Source: Ostreococcus lucimarinus
Taxonomy: Eukaryota
Assembly: GCA_000092065.1 (NCBI GenBank)
Contig: CP000584.1
Length of the DNA stretch: 64,000 nt
Direction: 5' to 3' (one strand)
Under the pieces are notes generated by a model. The model ran no database searches. It was not told the DNA's origin and saw only the letters and a list, made by a program, of their open reading frames with translations. Below are positions 8,923 through 21,500 of this stretch, one piece after another. Numbering within the stretch: the first letter of the stretch is position 1; the number at the start of each line of letters is the position of its first letter. The translations under genes and the position numbers were made by a program.

Positions 8923-9081
8923 TCGACGACCGTTTGGCCGCGGGACGCGACGTCGCCGCCCGCGCGAGCCGCACGCGTCGACGCGCGCGTCGCGCACGCC
9001 GCGCGCGCGAACGCACGCGAAACGCGGACGCGCGCGCGATCGACGCGCTCGGACGCCCGTTCGGTGCGGCGCGCGCGCGCG

Positions 9082-12000
9082 ATGCGGCGCCGTTTCGACG
9101 ACGAAGCCGCGGGGTGCGCGCGAAGATGCGAACGCGCGCGCGGGCGAACGCGCGGCGCGCGGTGGTCGCGCGGCGCCGCGGTGGCGATGCTCGTCGTCGT
9201 CGCGCGCGTCGTCGTCGCGCAGCGCGTTGAACCGATGAAGGCGCCGACGGTGACGTGGTTGGAACCGCCCAAGGGGCACGTCGCGGGCGGGACGACGCTC
9301 GCGGTGTACGGCGGCGGTTTCCTAAACTCGGCGCGGTTGAAGGTGAGGTTCGCGAGGGGCGAGGAGACGACGGAAGCGTACGCGACGTATCACTCGTCGA
9401 CGATGATCACGGTTGTGACGCCCGCGCGCGTCGGCGCGGGATGGACGCAAGTCACGGTGGCGAACGACGGGGAGACGTGGAGCGGGACGCCGAACGTGTA
9501 CACAAAGGGATCTGGGACGTTTTTGGCGTACGTCTACGACGATTCGTTGGCTGGATTTTACGATGGCGTGCGACAAGGGGAGAATACGAACGCGTATCAC
9601 GAGTTGTGGAGCGCGAGTAACACGACGGGGCCGTACATCGGCGGTACCATCGTGCGCGTCTACGCGCGCAACTTGGATTTGGGCTCGAATACGTTGTCGT
9701 CAAGCGCTACGTACGTAGGCCCGACAGACGGCGCGGGGTCGCCGAATCCGAACTTTCCAGACCCTAATGCGGTGATGAATAGTCCGCCGGTGCATGGGAC
9801 GTTCTATCCGGGCTCGAAGTTGACGTGCAGGATGACGTGCAACATCGATGTAAATCAAGACTCCAGCATCGCTAGCGACGGGTCGGAAACCTTTGTCACG
9901 GCGCAACCAGCAATTTGGCATAGCTACACGTCGGTTGAGTGCGAAACACCACCGATGCCGGTGCCAGTGGGCGATCCGATTCCGTCGACGGCGTGCCACA
10001 TGCACATCTCCAACGATGGGATCAACTACGATTACGCCAACGTTACATTTACGTACGCGGATCCGTTGCCGACAGTGACTAGCATTAGCACGGCGCAGTC
10101 TTCGGTTTGGGGCGCTCGAGGCCCTTTTGATGGAAACACCGAAGTCATCGTCAAGGGAACGAACTTCCTTCCTAGCAAGTATCTCAAATGCAAATTTGGG
10201 GGTATACCGGAGAGCGGTAAAAATTTATGGGAAAGCGACGACGTGTCGCACGTCGTCGGCACGCCCGGCGGACGTGTTCGGTGGGTTTCGAGCACGGAAA
10301 TTCGTTGTATAACCCCGGAGTTCGGTCCTGCGTCACAACAACGTCAATATCCAGCTGGTTCGACGTTAGCGGCCTCCATCGGGTGTTGCGCCGTGCTAGA
10401 TGTCACCTTTGATGCCAACAACGGCATTTCGTCCACCGTCACCATAGTCGACGGCGGGCGAGGCTACGCCACCGCGCCGGTGCTGACAATAATCGGTGGT
10501 GGAGGAGGGGGTGCGACGGCGACAGCGACCATAGACTCGAGCGGAGTCGTCAACGCGGTGACGATCACGAACGCGGGGCACTCTTATAATCAGGGCTCTG
10601 GCGCCACCGCCACGGCGACGCTCGACGCCTCTGGTGGAACGTTGAGCGCGCTTACGCTCACGGCTGCGGGAAGCGGTTACACCGTGCCGCCTGACGTGAC
10701 GTTTTCGTGTAGCGGCGGGGGTGACTCGTGTCTGGGTACGCATATGCAGCACGCTCGTGCTGTGGCAACTCTAGGTCCCGCCGCCAATTGTTTCCCCGAG
10801 TATGGATGCTACGACAAAGTTGTCGTATCGCTGCGACTGACGTTCGTCGGTAATACGTACACTTCCGCGCCTGTGGTTACGATATCACCTCAAAAGCCGT
10901 ACGTCTTGGTGCAGGCGAATGAACTTTTCACATCGGCGAATGATCCCCCGTCGATTGGGGCGTACACCATGCAAGGGAAAGGGGAAACCGAGCTCGATCC
11001 GCAGCTCTCGCACGGCTCGTGGGTGGACGACGGAAGCGGAGGGCGAATTTACAACGTCACCGACGCGCCTTACGACGTTGTCGCGGTCTCGGGTGTACCA
11101 GGAGCGAATCCTGGGCGACGTCTGTACGCGGTCAATCAATATAGTCAGAATAGCCCGGAAGATCGCGGTGATCTTCTCGCACCGCTGGGCCAAGCGGGAA
11201 GCGATGGGTCGATTAAACCGGCGCACCAGGATCTCGTACAAGTGAGCAACAATTACAACAAGTTCGGCGTTCCTGTGATCGGTAACGCGGCTGCAACGCC
11301 CACGCACGTTGGATATCGCGACAACACCGCAGCGGTAAAGGGATATTGGATGTGGAGTCGCAGTACGGGCTCAGCGAGCGATTGCCAAGTTTCCAACAAT
11401 CCGCCGTTGAACTTTTATGATGGCACAACGCTTATGGGACATAACCTCGATAAAGGCACGGGGTGGGTCGTCGCTGGCTCCTCAAACGAGTACTTGGGCA
11501 TTCCTGGAAACTCCGACTTGGGTCATCCGTCGAAATCGTGCTTGTACTTTTTGTACGGCGACATTTACGTATCGCCGTCGGGGAGCGACGCAACCGGACA
11601 AGGCACCGCGGCAAGACCGTACGCCACGATTCAAAAGTGCATCGATTCGGCGTTGACAGACGTGCGTGATTATCACGTGAACGCCGTCGGTGAGTCAAAC
11701 CCGAGCGTGCCCGCGAGGATATCGACGCAAATCACTAAATTCAACGCTGGGCGCTCGCAAAAGCGCGATGGAGGCGGCGGCTACGCGTACACTGTGAATC
11801 GCGATCGTTGCATCCTGAAAGACGGCACGTACTTCGGCCCGGGCAATCGACAACTTCGTGCCAACGGTCGCGTCATCCAGCTATGGGCAGAAAACGAGGA
11901 GCGAGCCGTCATCGACTGCGAAGGCTTCCCCGTGGGCAAGCAAGTCTACGCCAAGCGCGAGCCGACGCGCGTGAGCGCGCCGGGTTCGATCGCCACCCAG

Positions 12001-12084
12001 GGCGTCGTGCTCAAGCGATGCGGATTCAAGATGCCTTACGCCGCGGCGGATAAATTATTTTACCCCGGTCGTCCGACGACGTGA
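9082..12084 (+). CDS. large secreted/cell-surface protein with IPT/TIG domains and beta-helix-like repeats
   Basis: ATG candidates at 9082 ('MRRRFDDE') and 9187 ('MLVVVARVVVAQRV', hydrophobic signal-like). TIG-type motifs 'PPKGHVAGGTTLAVYGGGF', 'GPYIGGTIVRVYARNL', 'GNTEVIVKGTNF'. Gly/Thr-rich repeats 'TIIGGGGGGATATATID'. The 5' 900 nt of the ORF-track ORF is non-coding-like. Confidence 0.6.
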   Translation: MRRRFDDEAAGCARRCERARGRTRGARWSRGAAVAMLVVVARVVVAQRVEPMKAPTVTWLEPPKGHVAGGTTLAVYGGGFLNSARLKVRFARGEETTEAYATYHSSTMITVVTPARVGAGWTQVTVANDGETWSGTPNVYTKGSGTFLAYVYDDSLAGFYDGVRQGENTNAYHELWSASNTTGPYIGGTIVRVYARNLDLGSNTLSSSATYVGPTDGAGSPNPNFPDPNAVMNSPPVHGTFYPGSKLTCRMTCNIDVNQDSSIASDGSETFVTAQPAIWHSYTSVECETPPMPVPVGDPIPSTACHMHISNDGINYDYANVTFTYADPLPTVTSISTAQSSVWGARGPFDGNTEVIVKGTNFLPSKYLKCKFGGIPESGKNLWESDDVSHVVGTPGGRVRWVSSTEIRCITPEFGPASQQRQYPAGSTLAASIGCCAVLDVTFDANNGISSTVTIVDGGRGYATAPVLTIIGGGGGGATATATIDSSGVVNAVTITNAGHSYNQGSGATATATLDASGGTLSALTLTAAGSGYTVPPDVTFSCSGGGDSCLGTHMQHARAVATLGPAANCFPEYGCYDKVVVSLRLTFVGNTYTSAPVVTISPQKPYVLVQANELFTSANDPPSIGAYTMQGKGETELDPQLSHGSWVDDGSGGRIYNVTDAPYDVVAVSGVPGANPGRRLYAVNQYSQNSPEDRGDLLAPLGQAGSDGSIKPAHQDLVQVSNNYNKFGVPVIGNAAATPTHVGYRDNTAAVKGYWMWSRSTGSASDCQVSNNPPLNFYDGTTLMGHNLDKGTGWVVAGSSNEYLGIPGNSDLGHPSKSCLYFLYGDIYVSPSGSDATGQGTAARPYATIQKCIDSALTDVRDYHVNAVGESNPSVPARISTQITKFNAGRSQKRDGGGGYAYTVNRDRCILKDGTYFGPGNRQLRANGRVIQLWAENEERAVIDCEGFPVGKQVYAKREPTRVSAPGSIATQGVVLKRCGFKMPYAAADKLFYPGRPTT

Positions 12085-12198
12085 TCAAACGCGCGCGCAA
12101 CGCGATAAAACAATCATTTGAATTTGATATTACACCCGCCGTGTCAGTCAGCCGCCGCGCGAGGCGCCCTCGCTCGGCGCCGTCCTCGACGACCGCCT

Positions 12199-12429
12199 TC
12201 AACTCCCCATCGGCCCTTTCCCCCCCTTGCTCTGCTCAAACACGCTCTTCGACAAGTCCTGCGCCGCCTGTTGCGCCCGTCGCGCCATCTCCGCCGCGTC
12301 CGTCGCCGCCGCCTCCTTCATCAGCGCGTCCGACTTCACCGCGAAGCGCTGAAACGTCCTCGAGTTCGCCAGCGCGTTCACCATGAGTTCGTTGAACACG
12401 TACGAGAACAATCTATTGACGAAACTCAT
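12199..12429 (-). CDS. hypothetical small protein (76 aa)
   Basis: ATG start 'MSFVNRLFSYVFNELMVNALANSRTFQRF...' with balanced composition. The overlapping + strand ORF is Arg-rich junk. Confidence 0.35.
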   Translation of the reverse strand: MSFVNRLFSYVFNELMVNALANSRTFQRFAVKSDALMKEAAATDAAEMARRAQQAAQDLSKSVFEQSKGGKGPMGS

Positions 12430-12619
12430 CGCGTCCGCGCGTCGCGCGCGTCGTCGAGCGTGCGCGTGCGCGAGTCACGCGTCGGCGCGCGCCGTCGAAT
12501 GACGTCGAAGGTTCGTCGGGTCGGGTCGATCGCACACTCGCGCGCGCGACGACGCGCACAGAAGGACGCGCGACGCGCGCGACGCACGGTAGTCGAGCGC
12601 ACTCGAGCGCGCGCGCGTC

Positions 12620-13228
12620 ATGATGCGCGGTGGACCGTTTAAACTCCAGAACGCCGACCCCGAGGCGGCGGCGACGGAGAAAATGAAGAAGGAAGCCATC
12701 GCGCGCGTGAAATCGTGGGTCGAGGCGCGCCTGCCGAGTGAACACCTGACGAATCGCGATGCGGTGGTGGACGTGAGCGAGGTGCAGTGCGGGGACCCGA
12801 ATTGCGCGCCGATCGACGCGGTGGTGAGGATCATTTACAGGGAGTCGTGCGGGACGATCTTCGGAATTCCGTGCGAAGTGCAAGACGTGGAGGAGGAAGA
12901 CATCGAATCGCAGATGCCGCCGCCGGGAGTGATCGAGGATTGGTATCTGGGGAAGCCGACGCCGTGGCCGCCGGAACCGGAACCGCAGGAGCCGGGACCG
13001 GTGCCGACGGACGCGTTGCGGTTCGCGGTGGGCGACCGCGTACGGTGCCGCATCGGACCGGGCGAAGATGGATGGGCCGCGGGGACGGTCGTCGCGCATT
13101 GGTATCGCGGAAGCACGTGGCCGACGGGACAGTACGCACCGTATCAAGTGCAGCTCGATCGTAAGGATATGGGCAGTGGTTTGATTTTCGCGCCGTACGA
13201 CAACGATCAGTGCGTGATGAAGGAATAA
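12620..13228 (+). CDS. hypothetical protein (202 aa)
   Basis: 'MMRGGPFKLQNADPEAAATEKMKKEAIARVKSWVEA...' has coding-like composition. Divergent from the small minus-strand ORF. Confidence 0.45.
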   Translation: MMRGGPFKLQNADPEAAATEKMKKEAIARVKSWVEARLPSEHLTNRDAVVDVSEVQCGDPNCAPIDAVVRIIYRESCGTIFGIPCEVQDVEEEDIESQMPPPGVIEDWYLGKPTPWPPEPEPQEPGPVPTDALRFAVGDRVRCRIGPGEDGWAAGTVVAHWYRGSTWPTGQYAPYQVQLDRKDMGSGLIFAPYDNDQCVMKE

Positions 13229-14022
13229 GCACATCGACGGCGCCGCCTTCTCGATCGGCCATCGCCGAGGGTCTCGCGAACGAATAGCACGAGTATCACA
13301 ATCGAACCCTCGATAACACCAGTCAGAAGAAGCGAACGACCGAACGTATTGCCCCGCTAGTTTTAATCACACATCCGACTTTAACCAAGCGACGCGTCTT
13401 GTCAAGTCGAGCGCGCGAGAAAGCGCCCGCCGCAATGCGCGCCTCGACCCACGTCGCATGCTCACCAGCCTACATTGCATCGTCGATGCGGGTCGTTCAC
13501 ATCGCATCGCGCGCGCGCGCGACCGCGACTGCGTCGACCGCGGCGTTGCCACGCGCGTGAAATCGTTCCGAGGCGTTGCGAGACGAATCGTTTCGTCTGG
13601 CGAGCGCTTTTACGCGACCGAACGTTCCTTCAAGCGACCGCAACCGAGCCGTTTTGTGCTCCATCCCACGTCGGCGATCGTGTATGATCGTAAACTCGCG
13701 AAGAACGCGCGACTGACGCCGTGCGAGAAACGTCTCGACGACGTCAATGCCGCCGCGAATCTACTCCTCGCGGTATCGTGGTACAACGCGTCGCGATCGT
13801 ATGCGGAGTGGCGAGCGAGTGAGGCGGGCAAGACAAACTGAGTGCGACGTCGAGCGAATTGAGTGCGACGTCCATCGTTTTAGCGCACGCGCTTCGCCAT
13901 CGCCGAATCCAGACGAACGAAGTAGGGCGCCGCGCTAGCGAAATGTTGTGCCGAGAATACCAACAGACACTGCACGACGCACGACGCACAACGCACAACG
14001 CACGACATAACGCGACGCACCG

Positions 14023-15318
14023 ATGCTCGCCCGACCAATCGTCGTCACGGCGTCGCGAACACAAGCTAATACGCACGCTCATTCGCTGCGTGCTCGCGTT
14101 GCATTCCCGCGAAACTCGCGCGTCGTCAAGTTGAGAAAGCCTCCCCGCGGCGCCGCGCACGTCTGCACGAGTCCGGCGCGGCCGAGAGTGATGGTTGTCC
14201 ATGCGGATCCAGACGACGTGCGAACGACAGAACCCGAGGCAGAGGTCGAAGACGCCACGGACACTTCCGTCGAAGACGCGACGAAAGAAGTCGAAGCTGA
14301 GGTCGTCGAACCTCACCGAGTGATGACACCCGAGGCCATCGAGACGAAGAAGGCAGACGTGGACTCGGACGACGAAGCGCTGGCGGAAATGACGCGCGTG
14401 TTGCAAACTTCTTTGAGTCCGCGCGCCGCGGCGCTCATCGCGAAGGGCTTTGTTGATCTAGGAGTGGAGTCACCGAGAGATTTGCGCCGCGCTGTGGCGA
14501 AACGATCGAGCGCGATGATTGGCATCGAAGCGCTCGCAACGATCTTCAACGGATTGATGTGTTTCAGTTTGTTCTCGCTCGCAGCCGCGGCTCAGTTCTC
14601 CGACTTCTTCATACCGAGCTTCTGGAATTACGTCGTGACGTTGTTAGGCATGGTTGGTGCCGCAATCTTCGCAGTCGAGGCGGGCGCGCATCTCTTCATC
14701 ACCGCCGTCTACGTGTACAGCACGATTCGATTCGAGACGACTGATTTGAGAAAGTTCGTGCAATCCATGCAACGGATCGGCGATAACGATCACATCATCG
14801 GTGTCGTACCGCAATCGTCAACCATCAAGCGCGCGTCCACGCTCGTTCACGTCGTGAACGTGTTGAATAACCTTCGCGACGCGTTGCATTCCGAAGCCGA
14901 AATCATCACGCCGACGCACAAGAGCACTTTGCACAACTTGGCGGCGTACTTCGAGTACTCCAACGCTCAAGCGAAGCAAGGTTTCAAACCAGAGGACTAT
15001 GGGCTTGACTCGAAACAGTGCATGGCAATTGCCTCTCTGTTTTCTGAATGGGACACTGACGGAAGCGGAACGCTGCGCAGCGAGGAGCTCTCAAAGCTCC
15101 TTCGCTCGCTCGGCGACGACACGATCAATGACATGGACGTCAACATGGCCATGCGCATCCTCGACAAGAACGAGACCGGTGAGATCGACTTCGGTGAATT
15201 CGTCAAGTGGTACAAGGACGGCGTCAAGCTTCCCGATACGATGACTGCGAGCAAATCGGGCGCCGACGACCTCGAAGACATCGACCCCAACACGCGCATC
15301 GACGAAATCACCGGCTGA
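14023..15318 (+). CDS. EF-hand calcium-binding membrane protein
   Basis: Hydrophobic segments ('LMCFSLFSLAAAAQFSDFFIPSFWNYVVTLLGMVGAAIFAV'). Two C-terminal EF-hand loops ('DTDGSGTLRSEEL', 'DKNETGEIDFGEF'). N-terminal Arg/Ala/Ser-rich presequence-like region. Confidence 0.6.
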   Translation: MLARPIVVTASRTQANTHAHSLRARVAFPRNSRVVKLRKPPRGAAHVCTSPARPRVMVVHADPDDVRTTEPEAEVEDATDTSVEDATKEVEAEVVEPHRVMTPEAIETKKADVDSDDEALAEMTRVLQTSLSPRAAALIAKGFVDLGVESPRDLRRAVAKRSSAMIGIEALATIFNGLMCFSLFSLAAAAQFSDFFIPSFWNYVVTLLGMVGAAIFAVEAGAHLFITAVYVYSTIRFETTDLRKFVQSMQRIGDNDHIIGVVPQSSTIKRASTLVHVVNVLNNLRDALHSEAEIITPTHKSTLHNLAAYFEYSNAQAKQGFKPEDYGLDSKQCMAIASLFSEWDTDGSGTLRSEELSKLLRSLGDDTINDMDVNMAMRILDKNETGEIDFGEFVKWYKDGVKLPDTMTASKSGADDLEDIDPNTRIDEITG

Positions 15319-15587
15319 TTTGGACGCGAGCCGGCGACTTCGATTTCACCTTCTCTACCCACCTTTATCACGTTTACCGACACAGCGACGATTTTCAATA
15401 CTCTACGACCAACGACCTTTCCATCCGCCAACTGTCGCCTCGGCGTCTTCACAGAGATGGCCTCACACGGACGCTCGCTTCACCTCGCGCGGTCGCGCCG
15501 ACGTCGCACGACTTGAGCGACGTCGAGTAGTGTGTACTCGCGGACGAGCGCGCGTCCGTCGCTCCGCCGCGGCCGCGCGCGCGCGCG

Positions 15588-18500
15588 ATGAACTTTATTC
15601 GCCGTTTCGCCAACTCGAGTAATCCGACGCTCGACGCGCGCGACGCGACGCCACCATCGACGTCCGCGCCCGATGCGGCGGGCGCCCGCGTCGAGCTTCG
15701 ATCCGCCGAGACGATCGACGTCCCGCGCGTGATGAATTCGATGTTTGACGAGGGCAGGGACGGGGATTTGGTGTTTTCGTGGCAGTTGATGTCGGGCACC
15801 GCGAATGCGGGCGAAAGCAGCAGACGCGAAGCGACGAACGCGTTCTTCGACGCGTTTTCGGAGACGTACGCGCGGTGGGAACCGGCAAGGGCTAGGGGTG
15901 CAGATGAAGGGGACGATTCAGACGTCGGGTGCGCGGTCGCGCATCCTCGCGCGGTGACGCTCGCGGCGGTGGAGGACGCCGCGGGTCTGGGGGAACGGTT
16001 GGAGCGTGCGCTCACGGGCACTGTCGACGTCGGTGGAATCGAGCAGAGGATGGCGAGCATTGGTGTAGAAACCTTTCGAGCTCTGGAGATTATGTCGAGG
16101 TCGGCGCACAACAGAGTGTTCATGGAGCAGTGCGGGGCGAGTCGCGCGTTGGCAAACGCGTGCAAAACGTGCGCGCAGCGAATGTTGACGTTCAGCGCGG
16201 GGGCGGCGTCGGCTTCAAAAGAAAATTCAATCGAGGCTGGAGCGCTGTTGGAAGCGTTGCAGCACGTCGTGGAGCACGCGGTGAATGTGATTGATTCTTT
16301 CTTGGGCGACGCTTGGGCACTTCGTTCGTTCAACGAAAACGGCGCTTTGTTGGCTTTAATTGAAGTATTACGTGCGGAAAAAGTGGTCGTTGGTCGTGTC
16401 CACGGTGACGTCCGTAAGATGGCAATTTCAATAGAGCGAATGGCCATGCGCGCGATCGGGCGCGTCATGCACGGCGATGCCGCCGTACAAAAGAGCATAG
16501 CAGGAGCAGGAGGCTTGGATATTTTTTTTGAAGGCGTGTACCCAATCGAGGCTGACGTCAGCGTCGATATCGCGGGGTTCGAGACGTCGCTCATGAATCT
16601 CGAAATATCGCACACGCTACTTGCTGGTAATAAGTCCAACGTTGAGCGCGCTCAAGGCATTGGTTTGTTTACGCGAGTGGCCCGTCTGATGCGCGCGGCG
16701 AATGATTTGAGCGAAACACTCGTCTCAGATGAGGCGAGCACGTCAACGACGGAAGGCGAAGTCGCTGGTGTTCCATGGAGCGCGCAGCTCTTAGACGACT
16801 CCCTACGTTGTCATGAAGTCATCATCACGGACGGATATCCTAGTGAGGTGATTAAGAGACTGTTGAAATTCGTCCATCAAGACACCAGCGCCGCTGGCGG
16901 TTGGGCAAGTAAAGGAGCGAGGGAAATGATCTTAAAATGTCTCTTCGATTCGATTATTGAAGCGTGCTCGAGTTCAAAAGAGTCATTCAAGAGCGATTCA
17001 GAGTGTGTGAGATTTAGAGCACACGTGTTACGCTTTTTTAGTGACGCCATCGATATAGATCCCGCGGTCTTGCGCGTGATGCGTCAAGCACGCGCGTGGG
17101 ACATGTTGTTAGACGCCGATACGTACGGCGCAATTCCTTCAGTGGATCACAAAAATGAATATGAATCGGTGTCAGAGAGCACGACGTCGATCTTACGGCG
17201 TCGTGTACAAATTCAAACCGCGGCGTTACTTCTCAAAGCTTGTCAAATTGCCGCCGAATTGTCTGATTGTGTGGACGAATGCAACGTTCTGATCGGCACC
17301 ATCACGACGAGAGCAATACAGCCGTCGGTTGCGATTCGGCTTTGTCGCGTTCTAGAGCTTCTGCTAATCGATTCGTCGCACAGTGTGTGTAAAGCGTTAT
17401 CCGAGGTGGAAGCTCCAGGTCGACTTGCGGGGGCGTTGAACGCGCAATTGAAATGCTGGGGGTGTGACCAGGTAGCGTTCATCGGTGAAGTAGGAGCGAC
17501 AGCGAACTCCGCTGCTTTTGGTTCTACACTAAGCGCACTGAGGGCGTGTCTGAATGGTCCGGACGTGCTCGCGGCGTCGGCACTCAACAACGATGGTGTT
17601 TCTGACTTGATTTTCAACGAGCTTTTGTGGACAAACACGACTCGCGATTTAGCCATATCGGCCGTCGTATCTTTGGTGGGGTTGCGTCTGCACGCTCCAT
17701 CACCTCACGCCAGCGGCGCGCATCGTGAAGCATGGTCAAGCGTGGCGCGCCGATTCATCCAGGCCCTTCCCCGTGCACGAGGTACCGATATCACGTTGTT
17801 ATCGGCGATGCTTTCTGGGTTGCGTCAAATGTTGAACAATCCAAACGGCTCCGGAGACAGTCTGCGAGAATGGATATCGTCTGAAGACGGCGCAGAGTTT
17901 GTACAAATCGTTGCGCTTTGCGATGGTGACGCTGGTGAAGAGGTTGGGTTGGATGTCATAGCGACGTTACAGGCAGTGATCTCTAACTCGCATTCGTCAG
18001 CCTCAACGTTTGAGCGCTCAGTTGGATACGACACATTGATTGACGCCATACAGTGCGCTCGCGGCGCGGGTCCAGTATCCAAACCTCTGTTCGACGCCCT
18101 CATGAGCTTTGTTATTGATGACGACTATGGCACAGGGGGCGAGTCCAGCGGCATCGCTTTGCGGAACGCTAAGGCGCTACAAATGCTGCTCACTCTGATA
18201 GGAAACCTCGGCGCGTCTGACGAGTTAAAGGATGAGCTTCTCAAGGCTTTTAAGCAGATGTTGTCAGCGTCTGTGACGTCAAAAGCCACCGCAGATGCGG
18301 CTGGTGTTTTAGACTTCTGTCTTCAATGGTACGTGGATGCGAATCGCCGGCAAGCAGTACTCGAAGTCATCGCGCTTTGCAGCTCGTTTTCAATGTCCAC
18401 CAAGCACGTGCGTCAAATATTCCGTCTGTTGCAGGGCGACTCCATTTCAGCGGACGATCAATTGCAGCTGCTCCGGGTCCTACAGCACTCCGCAAAGCGA

Positions 18501-21500
18501 GTTGGTCCTTCTACATTTTTCGATTTCACTGGACCTGGTTGCGGGATTCACGTTAATAAACAACTAACTCTTCCAGTACGAAACGGCTACACCGTCTCGA
18601 TGTGGTTCCGCATCGAGCGGTTTCCGGAGTACGGCGGTCCAGTGCCGCTGTTTTCTTTACTATCGGGCGCTGGTAACGGCATTTTAGGAGAGTTACATGC
18701 GAACAAGCTCACGCTTGGCATTCGAGGATCCACGGGCACAGTTGATACCGCGTCGATCGACATCACAGTACGAGAGAACGAGTGGACTTTCTTAACGATT
18801 GTGCACCTTCCGGTGCGAATGTCGCAACCCCTGGTTCGTGTCTTCCTCGATGCTGGCATGGTTGGTCAGGCGAAGTTGCGTTACCCGATCAAGTCCACGG
18901 AAGCGATATCGTATTGTCGCATTGCTTCCGTGACGTTCGACGTTAGCCTAGAGAACGCGCACGTCAAGGTGTCACCGTTTTTCGGCCAACTGGGTTCGAC
19001 GCATATATTCGATGATGCCCTTTCGCAACCGGCGATTGCGATGATTCATGCACTCGGTGCAGATTATGTCGGACGTTTTAAGTCAACAGAATCGCAAACG
19101 GAAAGAATCCTTCAGGCAATCAGCGTGAACGCTGTCGAGGCTCGCGATACTCGCGAGTATCTCGCCGATCATCGACTGATTAGTATAAGCGCAGTCACCG
19201 TCGCCGGTCGAAGCGCTCAGTCGGAGGTGTACGACGTGAACGAATATGATTTGATCGGAGGGGCGAAAGTTTGCGTCACAAACTCAGTCAAAGACGTCGT
19301 GCACTGCCTCGGTGGTGTTCAAGTCGTTCTTCCAATCTTTTCTGACATCCTGCACGCCGCCGAGACGTCGAAACGGCGACAAATTGTTTGCGAAGGGGTT
19401 CATCTGCTCGTTGCTTTACTCGATGGAAGCAGACTCAATCAAGTTACGTTAACGTTGTGTGATGGGTACGCCTTGATTGCAAATCTTCTGCGAGAGAATG
19501 CAACGACTTTACTCTGTCCAGATTTACTCCCAGCACTCGACAGGCTTCGTCGTGCGGGCGGGATCGAGCACGAATCGGCATCGGCACGCATCGTCGTTGA
19601 TTTGCATCTTTGGTCCCTCGCCGATGACGCCACTCAAAAAGCGCATGGCGAGTACTTGTTGAGTTTGGCGACCAAACACTCGGATGGATTACGATTTCAT
19701 TTGCCAACAAGTGATCTCATCGATGCCCTCGATTTCACTCCAGGTGCGAGTGGAACGTCTCGTCGTCGAGTTTTGTTGGACGTGTTGAAGCAGCTTGTTA
19801 TCGACGCCCCGAATCAGATGATTGAGGAAACTGCGGAAACTATCGTTCACGTCATCGAAGAATGTGCCGACGAAGACACCGTTGGTGATGTTCTGCGCTG
19901 GCTAGTTAACTGCATGCAACCGGGTGAGGAAGTTCAGCCCACGCTCTACCAGGCTTTCACCAAGCTCGGCGGACCACTGCTGGCGCTATCGCCTTTGAGC
20001 AGGAGCTCCAGGCGAGTCCGCTCTTTCGCTCTTCTGTGGCTTGCAAACTTGATGCCTCCGCTCGAGGCTTCGAGCAAGAGTTCTGGGGGTGCCTCTCATA
20101 TATCTGCTGCTTTCGGCGCGGCCGCTGGTGCGCTGACTGCCACTCTCGGCGGCAAGTTCACGGCGACAGCGAGTCAGGATTTTGAAGTCGGCTTTTTCAC
20201 TGCAGTCGCGAACGCCCTCGAAAAATTCCCCCTCGATATCGCTGAATCCCGCTCGGCGCTCTTTGAGCTTTTACTTGGTGGCCAGGCGCTACCAGCGGAA
20301 AAAGTAGCCGAAAGGTTGAACAGGGAAAAGAATTCATCCGTGCGAGCTGCGGCTGGCAGGCTCTTTGCCAAAGTCACAGGCCACGGAAACGACGCGCAAA
20401 CCAAAGATAAGGAGTGTATTAGCGTTGGTGTACCCGGTATAGTCAATGCAGGCGCCGCTGGGGTGTTGCTTCGACTGATGAATTCAAGCGATAATGCGGA
20501 AATGCGTTTAAGCGTGCTCGAGCTGCTTCTCCAACTCGTGGAAGGTGCAAGCGTGAACGCACAGGCTGTGCTGGAGCAGCGAGGCTGGCAGACTTGGATC
20601 CTCCCCATCCTCAAAGACCACAGTGACGAAACGCAAAACGACGAGAAATCGATGGCTCGACGATTAATAACGGCACTTCTCTCGCACGCGGTGCTCAAGA
20701 CTGACGAAGGTCACCAGCACGTGTCGAACATGCTTGGCGTCATCGACATTCTCATCAAACGCGGCGTCTTAGCCGATGAGTCAGACTTAGCGCAGGAACT
20801 CCTTTCGGATTTGCTTGAGTGCATTCTCCCGACGCGAGCGTCTTCGTCCGAGCAAGACGAGTGGTCTGAAGTGCAAAATGTTGAGTCACCGATATGTCGT
20901 CGCAACCTTTCGAGACTTTTGCACATATTCGACTCAATCATTTCCGACACGTCCGCGACAGCGGCCGCGCTTGGAGTACCGAGTGCCTCCGATGCAAAGT
21001 CCAGCGTTAAGAAGATCTCTTGGAGATTTTACGACAACTTATGGAACCTATTAGATGCGATCTCTCCTCCTGGTCATCCCGTGGACGCGCCCGAAGAGAC
21101 GGCGGATGCCGTAAAATCCACAAACATGGCTCAAAAGCTGCACAGGCGAGCGAAGAGTATGATTCGTGATTTACCATTTTCGAGCAATAGCGAGAGCGAG
21201 TTTGATAGCGTCGAAGCCGTTGAGGCTCTGCGCAAGACTTGTCAGCGAATGGGATTCAGGTTGACCTTACTTTACGTGCGAGCGAGCGCGCTCGAAGAGT
21301 TGCAGACAGCACTGAATACGTGCATTGGACTTCTACCATCATTTTTGGCCCCAGTCTTGGTCGACAAGGATGGAAAAGCGATGGATACCGCGCCGCTAGG
21401 GAACAGAGCGCACTTGTTTATCGCGGATTTGATGCGTTACGTCGAGTTTGCTAAAAAGAGTGAAGATCCTGATGCGTCAACACGGTCGCAGCTCGTCGTA

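Noticed and set aside
8143-9080. 5' 900 nt of the 1313-aa ORF-track ORF (and similar N-terminal extensions at 7222-9279, 56070-57170, 38665-39798)
   Set aside because: Upstream portions are Arg-rich low complexity and overlap the real coding gene on the opposite strand. True starts were re-placed at the first plausible ATG. Several ORF-track 'M' residues are GTG/TTG/CTG, which are not valid nuclear start codons.
16554-16565. Palindromic 'gctgacgtcagc' (CRE/TGACGTCA-like) site
   Set aside because: Lies inside the BEACH coding exon (codons for EADVSV), so it is unlikely to be a promoter element.
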